DNA from: an uncultured Candidatus Saccharibacteria bacterium
Lineage (GTDB): Bacteria; Patescibacteriota; Minisyncoccia; Phycocordibacterales; UBA918
NCBI GenBank assembly: GCA_964352875.1
Contig: CAYGTP010000006.1
Coordinates: forward strand, 1 to 43,609
Direction: 5' to 3'
Length of the DNA: 43,609 nt
Both the position numbers and the translations under genes were made by a program. Shown piece after piece: positions 1 through 10,592 of the stretch (positions are counted from its first letter, which is position 1; each line of letters begins with the position of its first letter). Below the pieces are notes generated by a model, which was not told the origin of the DNA, ran no database searches, and saw nothing but the letters and a program-made list of their open reading frames with translations.

Positions 1-1039
<1,039 letters not shown>

Positions 1040-1056
1040 TGCTATACTAAAACTCT

Positions 1057-1434
1057 ATGGTAGATACAACCGCATACAAAGCACGTTTAGATACGTTGCT
1101 CATAGATATCACTGCAGAGTTAGAAACCTTGGGCGTCCGCAACCCTGATGTACCAGGGGATTGGATTGCCACCCCGGATACTAACGCACACAACGAAACA
1201 GATACCAATCTAGAAGCAGACAAAGTCGAAGATTCAAATGAACGACAGGCCGTCTTGGCAGAACTTGAAACTAGGTACAACAATATTCAACGCGCACTTA
1301 GTAAAATCGATGCTGGTACGTACGGAGTCTGCGAAATCAGTGGGGAAGAAATTGAGTCAGACCGACTCGACGCCAACCCAGCCGCGCGAACGTGCAAGGC
1401 GCACCTCGAAGATGAATCGCAACTGCCCCTCTAA
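1057..1434 (+). CDS. dksA: DksA/TraR-family protein
   Basis: Coiled coil followed by RALSKIDAGTYGVCEISGEEIESDRLDANPAARTCKAH, the DksA/TraR C-terminal signature. Confidence 0.8.
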   Translation: MVDTTAYKARLDTLLIDITAELETLGVRNPDVPGDWIATPDTNAHNETDTNLEADKVEDSNERQAVLAELETRYNNIQRALSKIDAGTYGVCEISGEEIESDRLDANPAARTCKAHLEDESQLPL

Positions 1435-1439
1435 TTATT

Positions 1440-2936
1440 ATGGACGTCGCTCGAGTATTCACCATCCAGCCGCACGTCCTTGACGGTTCAGTCGTGACTA
1501 TTGAAGCAGACCTCTCACGAGGTCTGCATTCATTTTCAATTGTGGGTTTAGCCGGGAAGGCCATCGACGAAGCTAAAGACCGACTCAGCGCTGCCATCAA
1601 ACACAGTGGCTACAGCTCTCCTAAAAGCAAGAACCACAAGATTGTGATGTCACTCGCTCCGGCTGACTTAAAGAAAGAAGGTCCCTTGTTTGATTTACCA
1701 CTAGCAATTGCCTATCTATTAGCAGCTGGTGAAGTTACTGGTGAAGTTACTGGGAAAATCTTACTCGGAGAGTTAGCGCTCGACGGCACCTTGCGTCCGG
1801 TACGTGGGGTACTGTCAGCGACCCAAGCAGCTGCTACGGCTGGCTTTTCTGAAATCATTGTACCGGCCGAAAATGCAGCCGAAGCGGCACTCGTAGCTGG
1901 GATTATTGTGTATCCGGCCAAAAGTCTAAACGATGTAATTGAACACCTCGACGAAACACCGACGACGCTAACCGCCCAAGCCACTACCGAGATTCCGATT
2001 ACCTGGCACGACAGTGACATATTACTCGAAGACATCAAAGGCCAAGAAAGTGCGAAACGTGGACTGTTAATTGCCGCTGCTGGACGGCACAATGTGATGT
2101 TAGTTGGTCCTCCTGGGACAGGAAAAACAATGCTGGCTCGAGCGTTTCGCGGTATCTTGCCGCCGTTATCACGAGCCGAAGCACTTGAAGTCACTGCAAT
2201 TCACTCCACCGCGGGTGCCTTGGGAGAAATTTCTGCACAACCGCCGTTTCGTGCGCCACACCATACCGCCAGTCATACGAGTTTGGTGGGCGGGGGTGCC
2301 AACCCCCGCCCGGGAGAAATCACACTCGCCCACAAAGGCGTACTCTTTATGGATGAGTTTCCAGAATTTGACCGACGGTCACTTGATGCGTTGCGGCAAC
2401 CGTTAGAAGACCGAGTTGTATCGATTACACGAGTCCAAGGCACCGCTAATTTTCCCGCCGATTTTATTTTGATTGCTGCCCTCAATCCATATCGGGGAAG
2501 TGAAGACGGAACCGAAGACCTAGCCCGCGCTATGCAAGAAACCTACAAAAATAAAGTGTCCGGCCCAATTCTTGACCGGATTGATTTATGGCTCGAAGTG
2601 CCACACGTGGATTACGATACTTTAACCGAAATCCAGAATAAATCAGGTGAAACCGACGCCGCCCGCGAACAAACACTAGCGGCTCGTGGGCGCCAAGCGG
2701 ATCGTACCCCAGAACGAACCAACGCCACCTTGTCTGCCCGTGATATTGAAAGCACCATCACCTTGAGTCCTGAAGTAAAAGACCTATTAAAACTTTCAAG
2801 TGAAAAACTGAATCTCTCACCACGCAGCTATCACCGCCTGATTAAAGTTGCGCGCACTATCGCAGACCTAGACGACAAAGAAACTATCGAAGCAGCGCAC
2901 GTACTCGAAGCTTTACAATATCGCGTGCGGTTGTAG
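1440..2936 (+). CDS. comM: ComM/YifB Mg-chelatase-like AAA+ ATPase
   Basis: LAPADLKKEG, GELALDG, Walker A GPPGTGKT, PFRAPHHTAS, PGEITLAHKGVLFMDEFPEF, SGPILDRID, ARTIADL. Confidence 0.95.
   Translation: MDVARVFTIQPHVLDGSVVTIEADLSRGLHSFSIVGLAGKAIDEAKDRLSAAIKHSGYSSPKSKNHKIVMSLAPADLKKEGPLFDLPLAIAYLLAAGEVTGEVTGKILLGELALDGTLRPVRGVLSATQAAATAGFSEIIVPAENAAEAALVAGIIVYPAKSLNDVIEHLDETPTTLTAQATTEIPITWHDSDILLEDIKGQESAKRGLLIAAAGRHNVMLVGPPGTGKTMLARAFRGILPPLSRAEALEVTAIHSTAGALGEISAQPPFRAPHHTASHTSLVGGGANPRPGEITLAHKGVLFMDEFPEFDRRSLDALRQPLEDRVVSITRVQGTANFPADFILIAALNPYRGSEDGTEDLARAMQETYKNKVSGPILDRIDLWLEVPHVDYDTLTEIQNKSGETDAAREQTLAARGRQADRTPERTNATLSARDIESTITLSPEVKDLLKLSSEKLNLSPRSYHRLIKVARTIADLDDKETIEAAHVLEALQYRVRL
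2910..2936 (+). repeat. Direct repeat copy 1: last 27 nt of comM (ALQYRVRL*)
   Basis: GCTTTACAATATCGCGTGCGGTTGTAG; matches 5093..5119 at 20/21 nt, 23/27 overall. Confidence 0.8.
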
Positions 2937-3017
2937 TTTTGACCATCATCCAAACATATGGTGGCTAGTAAAAAATGATTGACTTCACTAAGTGTTATGC
3001 CACACTAGCAAAATTAC

Positions 3018-5051
3018 ATGAGCAAACCGAGTTTTTATCGACCAGATATAGATGGATTGCGCGCTCTGGCAATTATCCCGGTTATTTTATTTCATGCCGG
3101 TATTAGCGGATTTTCTGGTGGTTTTGTTGGTGTAGATATTTTTTTTGTTATTTCTGGATATTTAATCACTGCTATTATCCTACGAGAAATAAAGCTCAAA
3201 CGATTTTCTTTGATCGGTTTTTGGGAACGCCGGGTTCGCCGAATAATCCCGGTATTATTTTTTATATTAGGAGCAGTGACGCTGCTCAGTTATTACATAA
3301 TTTTATTCCCGACTGATTTTGTCCAGTTTGGACAGTCATTACTAGCGCAAAGTGTTTTCTTAGCCAACCTCTATTACATGCGGCAATATAGCTACTTTGC
3401 TGAGCCAGCAGAAGTAACTCCCTTACTACACACCTGGTCACTTTCGATCGAAGAGCAATTTTATGTACTTTTCCCCCTCCTCCTCATGGGAGTGTGGCTA
3501 CTACGAAAGTTCTTAGTCCCGATGCTGTGTGCCTTAGCGGCTCTGTCGTTTCTCTATAATATTTACCTGCTTGAATGGACTACGAGTACAGTTTTTTCAA
3601 TTCCGTTTCTACCATCAATTTGGGGTGGTGCCACTAACGCCAGTGCCGCTTTTTTCTTTTTACCGGCTCGCGCTTGGGAACTGCTGATTGGTGCCATTAT
3701 TGCTGCCGCAGCACTATCAATCAAACATAAGCTGGTGGCTGAAATTGCTGGCATTATCGGTATAATTGGGATTATATATTCAGTGGTATTTTTTTCTGCC
3801 GAAACTGTATTTCCCGGCTATGCCGCACTACTCCCAACACTCTCTACCGGACTCCTTATTCTCGCTAGCTCTACCCACCAAACATTTGCCGGAACCATAC
3901 TAAGCTTTCCCGTTCTAATCTGGATTGGGCTGATTTCGTATTCTTTATATCTTTGGCATTGGCCGCTACTAGTAATGACAAAAATGCACTATGGGGAATT
4001 GTCGCAACTAACATTGGTCGGGTTATTGGCTGTGACATTTATTCTGTCATGGGGGACCTACCGCTTTATCGAAACACCATTTCGAAATCGTACACTACTT
4101 GCCAATCCTACCCATATGCTAATTGGCGGCATGGCTGCTTTAGGATTATTGTTTATGAGTGGTCTTGTTATTGTACGTCTGCAAGGTCTGCCCGAACGAG
4201 CTCCAGCGGCGGCGCTTATAATTGCGACAGCGGCGGCTGACACTAACCCCCGACAGTACGAGTGCTTTAAGAAAAACTATCGAGAAATTTTTGGTATAGC
4301 CGAACCATGCCTCTTGGGTATACAAGACAAGCAGGCAGCAATCGATTTCGTACTTTGGGGGGACAGTCATTCTGATGCCATGATGCCGGTTATTGATGCC
4401 ATGGCTCGCGAACGTGGCCAGACTGGCGCATACTTTGGTACCGGAGGCTGTCTACCTTTAGTAGCAAACATTGCAATCACTCGTGACAGCAAGTGTGAAG
4501 AAATCAAACAACAAGCTCTCACCTATATCGAAGCTAACGCAGTACCAAAAGTACTCCTCATTGCCTCATGGATTAGTGCAGATGGAAACGTCATTATAAC
4601 TAATGAAGCCACCCAGGTTGTACAACCTGGGTTGCCCTCTGATCAAACAGAAGCAGTGGAGTTGCAGTTTGCCGACATCTTGCGTACCACTGTTGAGACG
4701 ATTGCAGATACGGGTGCTCAGGTATATATACTTCGTCGGGTACCAATTCACCATGACTACCAAACCCGAAGTATGTTTACTGAAGCGGCGCGCACGGGTG
4801 AATCAGCAAGCTTACCTATCCAGTCACTGGCTGAGTACGTGTACGAGACACGTTACGAAAATGACGCCATTAGTCAGCTCAATACTATACCTACCGTAAC
4901 TGTTCTAACGCCAACCACGCTATTGTGTCCTAATGACATTTGTCGTATTACTATTGGTGACACCATAGCGTATCGAGACGCTTCGCACGTCAACACCGCG
5001 GGGGCATTATTATTACGACCAGTGTTTGAAGAATTTTTTGAGTCGAAATAG
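3018..5051 (+). CDS. OafA/OatA-like O-acyltransferase (Acyl_transf_3 + SGNH domain)
   Basis: YRPDIDGLRALA, GVDIFFVISGYLI, RRVRRIIP, HTWSLSIEEQFY, ISYSLYLWHWP; C-terminal GDSH and DASH motifs. Confidence 0.92.
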   Translation: MSKPSFYRPDIDGLRALAIIPVILFHAGISGFSGGFVGVDIFFVISGYLITAIILREIKLKRFSLIGFWERRVRRIIPVLFFILGAVTLLSYYIILFPTDFVQFGQSLLAQSVFLANLYYMRQYSYFAEPAEVTPLLHTWSLSIEEQFYVLFPLLLMGVWLLRKFLVPMLCALAALSFLYNIYLLEWTTSTVFSIPFLPSIWGGATNASAAFFFLPARAWELLIGAIIAAAALSIKHKLVAEIAGIIGIIGIIYSVVFFSAETVFPGYAALLPTLSTGLLILASSTHQTFAGTILSFPVLIWIGLISYSLYLWHWPLLVMTKMHYGELSQLTLVGLLAVTFILSWGTYRFIETPFRNRTLLANPTHMLIGGMAALGLLFMSGLVIVRLQGLPERAPAAALIIATAAADTNPRQYECFKKNYREIFGIAEPCLLGIQDKQAAIDFVLWGDSHSDAMMPVIDAMARERGQTGAYFGTGGCLPLVANIAITRDSKCEEIKQQALTYIEANAVPKVLLIASWISADGNVIITNEATQVVQPGLPSDQTEAVELQFADILRTTVETIADTGAQVYILRRVPIHHDYQTRSMFTEAARTGESASLPIQSLAEYVYETRYENDAISQLNTIPTVTVLTPTTLLCPNDICRITIGDTIAYRDASHVNTAGALLLRPVFEEFFESK

Positions 5052-5092
5052 GTACAACTATTGGAAAAGAAATTAGGTCGCCGATTAGCCCG

Positions 5093-5119
5093 GCTTTACA
5101 ATATCGCGGGCGGATATAA
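5093..5119 (+). repeat. Direct repeat copy 2: relic comM 3' end (ALQYRGRI*)
   Basis: GCTTTACAATATCGCGGGCGGATATAA; stop codon at the equivalent position. Confidence 0.8.
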
Positions 5120-5129
5120 ACTATAGTAT

Positions 5130-5390
5130 ATGATTGATGAATTTAAAAAATTTTGGAAAAATGAGTCCAGTAAACTGAACGTGAAAACAGTTGATGATTT
5201 AGTCCGTGCGATGGAGCAATTTTCTGATATTAATGAGCTAGTTATAGAGATTTCTTCACGCTTTGGGAACAGCGATGAGTCAACCGAAACTGTGGTTAAT
5301 AAACTTTTAACAAAACTAAAAAAGCGAATTGGTTACAATGATTCGCTCGAAGAGTTACGAACTCTGATCTCCCAACAACAATCTTATTAA
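5130..5390 (+). CDS. Small hypothetical protein (86 aa)
   Basis: ATG start, amphipathic helical composition, fills the gap, stop overlaps the convergent gene. Confidence 0.55.
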   Translation: MIDEFKKFWKNESSKLNVKTVDDLVRAMEQFSDINELVIEISSRFGNSDESTETVVNKLLTKLKKRIGYNDSLEELRTLISQQQSY

Positions 5391-6400
5391 AATGGATTGG
5401 TAGCGCCGCGAACTTCAAAGTGCAAGTGCGCTCCGGTCGAGCGGCCACTCGTACCGACGTAAGCAATCGTCTCACCTTGAGAAACCCAGGCACCGACACT
5501 GGCCGCCAGAGAAGAGGCGTGAGCATAAAGTGTCTGCGTGCCATTCGGATGCCGGATTACAATATAGTTACCATACCCCCCATTCCAGCCACCACTTTTC
5601 GACACAATCACTTCTCCGGAAGCCGCCGCACGGATTGGTGTCGCAATCGCAGCCGCCAAGTCGACCGCATTGTACCCATGGATACCCTGGGTCCGAGTTG
5701 ATCCTGGCAGTGGGTGAGAGAAGGCTCCTGAAGCCGCTGCATTACCAGACACCTTCACTGGTGCCGGACGACTAGCAATGCGAGTACCGCTACTTGGGTT
5801 GCTATGCATCTCACCGCCAGGGATGACAAGTACATCACCAATCGCCAATTCATCGAGCGAGACTAATTGATTATATTCAAGAATTTCCGCTGCTTCACCG
5901 CCGTATTTTTTCGCAATGGCGCTGATAGTGTCACCGCTCTTAACGGTATACCGCAATCCAACAATTGGTAGAATTACCAAAGTGTCACCCGGCTGGATAG
6001 TAGTCGGGTCAGTGATGTCGTTGGCCCATAAGATAGTATTAGTTGTGACACTGTACATTTCGGCAATTTGTGAGAGTGAGTCGCCGACCCGTACAACGTA
6101 GACACTAATTTCTCCAGTCTTTTTTTTGGAAGCGTCGATAATGTCATCGCTCACTGGACCTTGTGAAACGAGCGCTCCCGCTTCGACTAACACATCACCA
6201 CCCCCAACTGCACCTTGTGGGTCAGGGTTGTTGTTGGTACTCAACAAAGAAACTGTTTGGGGTGAAGTCTCGATTACTGACGCTGGTTGTCCTACAGCCG
6301 TATCTTCTGCAGCACTAAAGAACGTTGAAAATAAACCAGCATGTACCGATATTGGTACCAGTAAGATAAATACCAGCGGAGTTAATTCAGCCAGCCACAG
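5387..6400 (-). CDS. LysM (x2) + M23 peptidase; start uncertain (non-canonical)
   Basis: LysM motifs YVVRVGDSLSQIA and YTVKSGDTISAIA; M23 motifs HGYNAVD, YAH, STGAHLHFEVR. Frame extends upstream of the TTG at 6247 through a signal peptide-like segment LVFILLVPISVHA-GLFS. Confidence 0.85.
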   Translation of the reverse strand: MWLAELTPLVFILLVPISVHAGLFSTFFSAAEDTAVGQPASVIETSPQTVSLLSTNNNPDPQGAVGGGDVLVEAGALVSQGPVSDDIIDASKKKTGEISVYVVRVGDSLSQIAEMYSVTTNTILWANDITDPTTIQPGDTLVILPIVGLRYTVKSGDTISAIAKKYGGEAAEILEYNQLVSLDELAIGDVLVIPGGEMHSNPSSGTRIASRPAPVKVSGNAAASGAFSHPLPGSTRTQGIHGYNAVDLAAAIATPIRAAASGEVIVSKSGGWNGGYGNYIVIRHPNGTQTLYAHASSLAASVGAWVSQGETIAYVGTSGRSTGAHLHFEVRGATNPF

Positions 6401-6766
6401 TCGGAGCGGTGATTGCTGGTGGCGACGATATTTCGATTGAGTCTGACAGTCCGAGAGGGAAGATTCAATGTCTTGATGGTTGGGTTTTATAGGTTTGGTT
6501 TTATGGTCTCACCGCTATTCAGTCATTACGGTCATTTCGTAAGAAGGTAAATCCTCCTCTTCAAGCAACGTCGACTATTGTACTAGAGCTGACCTATGGT
6601 GCAATTGACGAAATACACTTTTACCGAGTACTCCAAAGAGCAGGAAACCAGACTGCTAGATAAGGTTTTTTTAGTATTGTTTTTTGCATAAATTATTGTG
6701 TAATTAATTACGCAATTATTTTATGTGCCCCTGAGAGCAAAACTGAATGTGCTATAGTAGGCCGGC

Positions 6767-8740
6767 ATGAGCACTCCAGCGTACTTAGAAGGACTCAACG
6801 AACCGCAGGCAGCTGCGGTGCTCCACACCGACGGGCCACTCTTGGTGCTCGCGGGAGCTGGCTCGGGGAAGACCAGAGTAATCACGCATCGAATTGTACA
6901 TTTGGTTCACCAAGGTGTTGCCCCACAAAATATATTGGCCGTTACATTTACCAATAAGGCAGCTAAAGAAATGCGTGAGCGAGTCGAAGCGTTGCTGCAG
7001 AAATACCCCCCGGCCCAACGCGCTGCTTTAGATTCGCTACCGACTGTTACAACTTTTCACGCTTTTGGAGTACGAACTTTGCGACACTACCATGAAATTA
7101 TGGGGTTACGGAGACACTTTGTTATTTATGATCGAAGTGATAGCGTACGAGCAATCAAGCAAGCCCTCGAAAAAGCTGGCTACGCCCCCAAACAATTTGA
7201 GCCAAGAAAAATTCTTTCCATTATCTCGCGCGCAAAAGGCGACGCGCTAACACGGGCGAGTTTTCTTGACGGAGCGACCAGCTATCCGGAGCGGGTTGCG
7301 GGAGAAATTTGGGAACACTATGATGCGCATATGCAGACTGAGCACGCCCTTGACTTTGATGATCTTTTGCTAAAGACACTTCGACTACTTGAATCCCATC
7401 CGAACATCCGAGCGGAACTGCAACAGCGCTATCGGTATATACATATTGATGAGTACCAGGACACTAATGCTGTTCAATATGAAATTGCAAAATGGCTTCT
7501 CGGACCAGAACAAAACATTTGTGCAGTTGGTGACATTGACCAAAACATCTACAGTTGGCGCGGAGCTGACATTACAAATGTGATGCAATTTGAGCGCCAA
7601 TTTAATGGCGCGCGCACAATCTTACTGGAAGAAAATTACCGATCAACTCAAACTATCATTGCTGCGAGTAACGACGTGATTAGTAAAAACTATAATCGAG
7701 TAGAGAAGCAGGTGTTTACCAACAATCATAAAGGAGAGTTGATTACCATCTACGCCGCCATGAGTGGAAGTGATGAAGCTGAATACATTGCCCTGACTGC
7801 CAAGCGACTCATTGCTGATGGTACTGCACCATCAGATATTGCCGTTTTGTACCGAACCAATTTTCAGTCGCGGGCACTGGAAGAAGCATTTCTCAATTTT
7901 GAAGTACCCTACCAACTCTTGGGGACCAAATTTTTTGAGCGAAAAGAAGTAAAAGATATTTTATCTTATTTACGCCTCGCTCTTAATCCAGGCAGTACTG
8001 CCGACCTCGCCCGGGTCGCTAATGTGCCTCCGCGGGGAATTGGTAAAGTCACAATACTAAAAATGATCGAGGGTCGTCGAGAAGAAATCAAAGGAGCAAC
8101 TATGCAGAAGGTAGAACGATTTGACGAAATGATGATAGACATTGCAGACCACGCCCGCACTAATCCAATTTCTGAAACACTTAAGTTTATTATCAAACGT
8201 AGTGGAATTGAATCAGATCTTAAAAAAGAAGGGACAGAAGACGCGCTTTCACGTCTAGAAAACTTGCAAGAATTAGTCACCTTGGCAACCCGGTATAACG
8301 AATTGGGAGCTGAAGAGGGAGTCGAAGCACTACTGGAAAACGCTGCCCTCCAAAGTGACCAAGACGAACTCAAAGCCAAAGAAGAGCAGGACGCAGTGCG
8401 ACTTATGACGGTCCATGCTGCCAAAGGACTTGAGTTTGCGCAGGTATTTATTTCCGGTATGGAAGAAGGATTATTTCCGCATGAACGACTTGATGATAAA
8501 GGGGTCGATCACGAAGAAGAACGACGACTGTTTTATGTCGCACTCACCCGAGCCGAACAAAAAGTTTATCTGACGTATGCACACGTTCGAACTATTTTTG
8601 GTAGCCAGCACGTGAACGTTCCATCAAATTTCCTGGCTGATATTCGAGAAGATTTAATTACGACAGAAGGGCAGACCTTTGGATCTGGTTCACGAGGCGG
8701 ATTGCTTGATGATGTTGAATCTACAATTTGGTTAGATTAG
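6767..8740 (+). CDS. pcrA: PcrA/UvrD DNA helicase
   Basis: AGAGSGKT, TFTNKAA, DEYQD, GDIDQNIYSWRGA, NYRS, MTVHAAKGLEF, EERRLFYVALTRA. Confidence 0.95.
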   Translation: MSTPAYLEGLNEPQAAAVLHTDGPLLVLAGAGSGKTRVITHRIVHLVHQGVAPQNILAVTFTNKAAKEMRERVEALLQKYPPAQRAALDSLPTVTTFHAFGVRTLRHYHEIMGLRRHFVIYDRSDSVRAIKQALEKAGYAPKQFEPRKILSIISRAKGDALTRASFLDGATSYPERVAGEIWEHYDAHMQTEHALDFDDLLLKTLRLLESHPNIRAELQQRYRYIHIDEYQDTNAVQYEIAKWLLGPEQNICAVGDIDQNIYSWRGADITNVMQFERQFNGARTILLEENYRSTQTIIAASNDVISKNYNRVEKQVFTNNHKGELITIYAAMSGSDEAEYIALTAKRLIADGTAPSDIAVLYRTNFQSRALEEAFLNFEVPYQLLGTKFFERKEVKDILSYLRLALNPGSTADLARVANVPPRGIGKVTILKMIEGRREEIKGATMQKVERFDEMMIDIADHARTNPISETLKFIIKRSGIESDLKKEGTEDALSRLENLQELVTLATRYNELGAEEGVEALLENAALQSDQDELKAKEEQDAVRLMTVHAAKGLEFAQVFISGMEEGLFPHERLDDKGVDHEEERRLFYVALTRAEQKVYLTYAHVRTIFGSQHVNVPSNFLADIREDLITTEGQTFGSGSRGGLLDDVESTIWLD

Positions 8741-8776
8741 TTGCACATATATAGGTAGTGTCGTAGGCTGCTTAGC

Positions 8777-9640
8777 ATGATGCAGCATAATATGGAACCG
8801 GGCGGCGGCAAAGCCGCCGCCCCTGACACTAATCCATTCGAGAAAAAGAAATCGCTCGGACAAAATTTTTTAACCAGCGCTATCGTGCCGGGTTGGATGT
8901 GTGACGCCGCAGAAATCCAGCCCGGTGAGTTGGTGGTCGAAATTGGACCTGGTACCGGAGCCTTAACCCGCGTATTACTCGAGCGGGGCGCTGTCGTCAT
9001 CGCACTTGAAGCCGATACCCGAGCCATTACCAGCTTAACCGCCAACTTTCCTGACCACATTACAAATGGTCAACTCACACTCCACCATACTGACGCCAGA
9101 ACTTACGACCCAGTTGCACTTGGACTAACTCACCAAAACTTCAAAGTAGTAGCAAATATTCCATACTATCTGACTGGGTTTTTGTTTCGCGTCATCTTAG
9201 AGCAACCAATCCAACCGTCTACACTAGTGTTTCTCATTCAAAAGGAGGTCGCCGAGCGGATTGCCCGCAGCCAAAAGACATCACTCTTATCCCTCTCGGT
9301 GGCCATTTTTGGTGCAGCATCATACATCCGGTCAGTTTCGCGCGGACATTTTGCCCCCCAGCCCGCGGTCGATTCCGCTATCATCGCGGTGCGAAACATT
9401 GGGCATTTACATCTCAACTTTGCCGACCTGCCTTTATTTTTCAACCTATTAAAGCTTGGATTTGGTCAAAAACGCAAGCAGCTTTTAGGTAATTTAGCCA
9501 AGCAATATGACCGGACACACTTGGTATTATTATTTCAGTCACAGTTACTCCCACCAACCATCAGAGCCGAGGACGTCGATCTGGAAAGTTGGGTGAGACT
9601 TACTAAAGAATTTTTGGCCCAATCGATCACACCTAAATAA
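8777..9640 (+). CDS. rsmA: 16S rRNA m6,2A dimethyltransferase
   Basis: KKSLGQNFL, EIGPGTGALT, VVANIPYY, QKEVAERI, FGQKRKQL, RAE. Confidence 0.95.
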   Translation: MMQHNMEPGGGKAAAPDTNPFEKKKSLGQNFLTSAIVPGWMCDAAEIQPGELVVEIGPGTGALTRVLLERGAVVIALEADTRAITSLTANFPDHITNGQLTLHHTDARTYDPVALGLTHQNFKVVANIPYYLTGFLFRVILEQPIQPSTLVFLIQKEVAERIARSQKTSLLSLSVAIFGAASYIRSVSRGHFAPQPAVDSAIIAVRNIGHLHLNFADLPLFFNLLKLGFGQKRKQLLGNLAKQYDRTHLVLLFQSQLLPPTIRAEDVDLESWVRLTKEFLAQSITPK

Positions 9641-9701
9641 CCACATCCTATCCGCACCCGAGCCTTAGTTCACGGTACTTACTGGTATACTGAACCTATC
9701 T

Positions 9702-10592
9702 ATGAGAGCACCGACCAAACGAGTCGTGGGGGCGAGTATTATTGGAGGCGCTTTAATCGTGGCGGCATTTATTTTCAGTACACCGCCCACTCCAATTGCA
9801 AACGAGACTCCTGCCCTCGTTGTTGCTACTGCACCCAATCGCGTAGCTATCCCCGAACAAGATCAAGATGGTGATGGAGTCCCTGACTGGAAAGAGGCAT
9901 TGAATACTACTAAGTTCCAGCAGCTACGTGAACAAGCCACGAGCACCTACGAAGTACCTGATACTTTGACTGGGCAATTTAGTATCCAACTCTTTCAAGA
10001 CATGGTAAACGCAAAAGGATTTGAGATGTTCGGCAACACTCCTGAGGAATTGATTAATAAATCAATTTCCGACCTAGAATCAGAAGTAACATATGAACCC
10101 CTCACAAAAAAAGATTTATCAATTACGACCGAAACCCTCGATGCCACTGCAACTAAAAATTATTTTAATGCCGTAGCCCAAGCAATTGCAACCGGACAAG
10201 ACACCGGACAACCAAAAAACGAACTCGCTATCTTACAAAAAGCAGTTACAACTCAAGACCCCTCACAACTTGAAGCAATCTTCTTAAAAGAAACCGCCTA
10301 TCGTGCAGCAGTGACCAACCTGCAAGCCATTACTGTACCCGCCGAATATGCAGATATTCACTTGGACTTAACAAATATATTTGCAGCCTTAGCAATCAGT
10401 CTAAGTGCGATGCAAGATGTGTTTAACGACCCAATCAAAACACTACTCTATGTGCAGGTACACCCTGATAACGCTGATGGCTTACTTGTTGCACTTGGCC
10501 AGTATGCTACAGCAGTAAAGGAAGTACTCTACGTATTTGCGCCAACCGATCCCGGTCAAATCTTTATCCGGTTCACACCAAACAATGAATAA
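9702..10592 (+). CDS. Membrane-anchored hypothetical protein with DxDxDG Ca-binding-like motif
   Basis: N-terminal TM segment; DQDGDGVPDWKE motif; first gene of the co-oriented cluster. Confidence 0.7.
   Translation: MRAPTKRVVGASIIGGALIVAAFIFSTPPTPIANETPALVVATAPNRVAIPEQDQDGDGVPDWKEALNTTKFQQLREQATSTYEVPDTLTGQFSIQLFQDMVNAKGFEMFGNTPEELINKSISDLESEVTYEPLTKKDLSITTETLDATATKNYFNAVAQAIATGQDTGQPKNELAILQKAVTTQDPSQLEAIFLKETAYRAAVTNLQAITVPAEYADIHLDLTNIFAALAISLSAMQDVFNDPIKTLLYVQVHPDNADGLLVALGQYATAVKEVLYVFAPTDPGQIFIRFTPNNE

Noticed and set aside
6680..6710. dif-like site
   Set aside because: Only a GCATAA half resembles the XerC arm; no XerD arm, and the position near oriC is implausible.
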